DNA of 64,000 bases from Octopus sinensis (Eukaryota): the NCBI RefSeq assembly GCF_006345805.1, contig NC_043001.1, forward strand, positions 72,478,001-72,542,000, given 5' to 3'. Below are positions 61,961 through 64,000 of the stretch, piece by piece. A program made the position numbers and the translations under genes. Numbering within the stretch: the first letter of the stretch is position 1; each line of letters opens with the position of its first letter. Under the pieces are notes generated by a model. That model was given only the letters and a program-made list of their open reading frames with translations. It was not told the DNA's origin and ran no database searches.

Positions 61961-63056
61961 AATATTTGTCATAAGGCAATACATAGAGGGGACGGACAAG
62001 GACAGACAAACATAAACAGGGGGAAGTAGCTTTAAACGATTAAAAATAAACAATGATTATCATACAGATGAGATTAAAAATGAATACATTGCTAAAAGCA
62101 ATATTTAACACGAAGGAAAGGCATCCTACAGCAGAGTAGAAACTTTGCTTACTTTCCGTGGCTCCGCTCACTTGGTGCTAGTTACTCCCAGTTTTCTCTC
62201 CACAAGCTTCCATCTTTTTCTGAATTTTTCACGTGACAGGTACCTCTTCTCCAGCCTGATCTTACTGCTGAGGTGGTAACTAAAAAAGTTGACCAACCTC
62301 TGGCCAGATACGGAGCTACCTGTCACAATCCCTTTCAACCGCGTCTTCCATACTCTTTCTTTCAATATGGCCACCACGCAGAAAAAAACAGGCCTTCCTC
62401 TCCCCGCTAAGGGAAGGAGGCGTCACAATCTCGATGATGTACTCAGCTGATAGCTGTACTCTTCCCATCGAGGACAACATTTGCTACTATTGAGGTGGGT
62501 AGGATTTCTGAAGCTCATAGTCTTAGGATCTAGCGGGTGAGGTTGGGGTCCAGATGAATAGTTCGTAGAGCTCACAATAAGGTGGCTAAGTTTGCGTCTA
62601 ATGGAAGAGGCAGTTATAGATCCCAAGTTTGTTGTTGTAGTGTACAAGATTTTAAGATTTGTTTATGGTGTGGAGGGAAATTGAAACTTAGGATTTTGAA
62701 AAGTAGCTTGGATAGAGATTTAACCTGGAGAGAGAATGGTGGTGCAGGGTATAAGATATTCTGCTTCTTCCCTTGGAGGACTTAGAACGCAGCGTAGTGT
62801 CGGGTAGGTGACCCAGGCGAAGCTGGAGATAATTCAAACGCCGTAGCGGCCGGAATACCCGTCGAGTACTGGCTGCAGCGGAATTCTGTTGGAGGGTGAT
62901 GTGGATGGGTAGAGGCATGCCTAGTGGTCTTAGATCCTGCCATTAGTGGGATAGTAAGTATATTTCAAACTCAAATCTAGCCGCTTTTTCTGGATTTGGT
63001 TCTGGAAAAGCAGCAGCGAGTTGTTTCTCAACGTAATGTAGATTCACTCGTTCTCA
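61961..63056 (-). mobile_element. L1/Tx1-type LINE derivative, probably internally deleted
   Basis: 62460-62168 encodes LSAEYIIEIVTPPSL..LKERVWKTRLKG..LVNFFSYHL..KIRLEKRYL..KFRKRW, homologous to the ORF ends at ~29280-29520 and ~32850-33090; 3' tail at 62012-61961. The assignment of 62460-63056 as the 5' part is inferred. Confidence 0.7.
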
Positions 63057-63123
63057 GTGTATGTATGTATGTATGTATGTATGTATGTGTATATAAATAA
63101 TATATATATTTCTATACACACAC

Positions 63124-63192
<69 letters not shown>

Positions 63193-64000
63193 TATATTAT
63201 TATATATATATATATATGAGTTTAAGGGAAGATTCCTACAGCTATTAATACTAAGCACCCATACCTCCTAAAAACACTTTATTCATTCAGTGTGTAGATT
63301 CCCTCAGTTTCACTTTGAAACGCGTGTAGGTTCAGAAAAGGATGCCGTAAATAACCGTTAAATAAAATTATGGATGTGAAAAATCTCCAGTCTCCCCATC
63401 ATTATTGATACTATTACTTACTCTACAGAAATTATGCAGTCCTGAATAGGACACTGGGATTTACCAAGCGAGAATAGTTACCAGAACCTAGTAACTTATT
63501 GTTAACTAGGGCATCACAAAAGGACCATTGTGGTTAGCCGGCATCTGAAACTGAATTAAGGGGAAACACGGTAACCGCCAGGATAATATATCCCTTTACT
63601 CTCATTTATAGATATATACATATATATATTTTCTTATACATACAAATATGCATACATTCTGTTTTTGTGTGACATAACTTCGCCATACATTGAGTCACAC
63701 AGATCCTACATCCAGGATTCGAATGCGCAAACTGCTCGATATGCTTTTTCCTTTTTCACCTTTTTCACAAATTTTTTCCTTTTTCACAAATTTTGCGGCA
63801 AAATGAATGGATTTTCAGATTTTGGTTTTTTTTTGGGGGGGGGGGGGCATCTGGTATGAACTATTACAGATGTCTACACATTTGGAAACTTCAGGTGATG
63901 ACTTTCAAGGTTGGTCGCATGCATTTGCGTAAGTGTGTGCGGTGATCCGTGATAAAAATCCTCTCCGAAACAGAATTTCACACAAAGACGTCACTCTGAA

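Overview
AT-rich, microsatellite-saturated eukaryotic DNA. The tRNA-derived SINE families and repeat landscape most resemble an octopod cephalopod (inference, not a database result). I find no intact host gene; at most there is one candidate exon (46311-46477, minus). The window is almost entirely transposon-derived. It holds decayed hAT and Tc1/mariner elements, several palindromic MITEs and a ~2.2-kb foldback, three tRNA-head SINE families, a nested cluster of R4/Dong-type LINE fragments in (AAT)n tracts (~19.9-34.3 kb), L1/Tx1-type LINE 3' ends, a near-full-length RTE LINE (55.4-58.6 kb) and a cluster of Penelope-like inverted repeats (47.9-51.5 kb). Two things stand out. (1) A complete type I hammerhead ribozyme with a compensatory U3-A8 core sits on both arms of the inverted repeat at 49453-49972. 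(2) A SINE variant carries the 3' tail of a local Tx1-like LINE and is always joined to fixed positions inside the head of its own SINE family, which suggests a self-targeting SINE/LINE pair. Repeat boundaries were read by eye and may be off by several bases.
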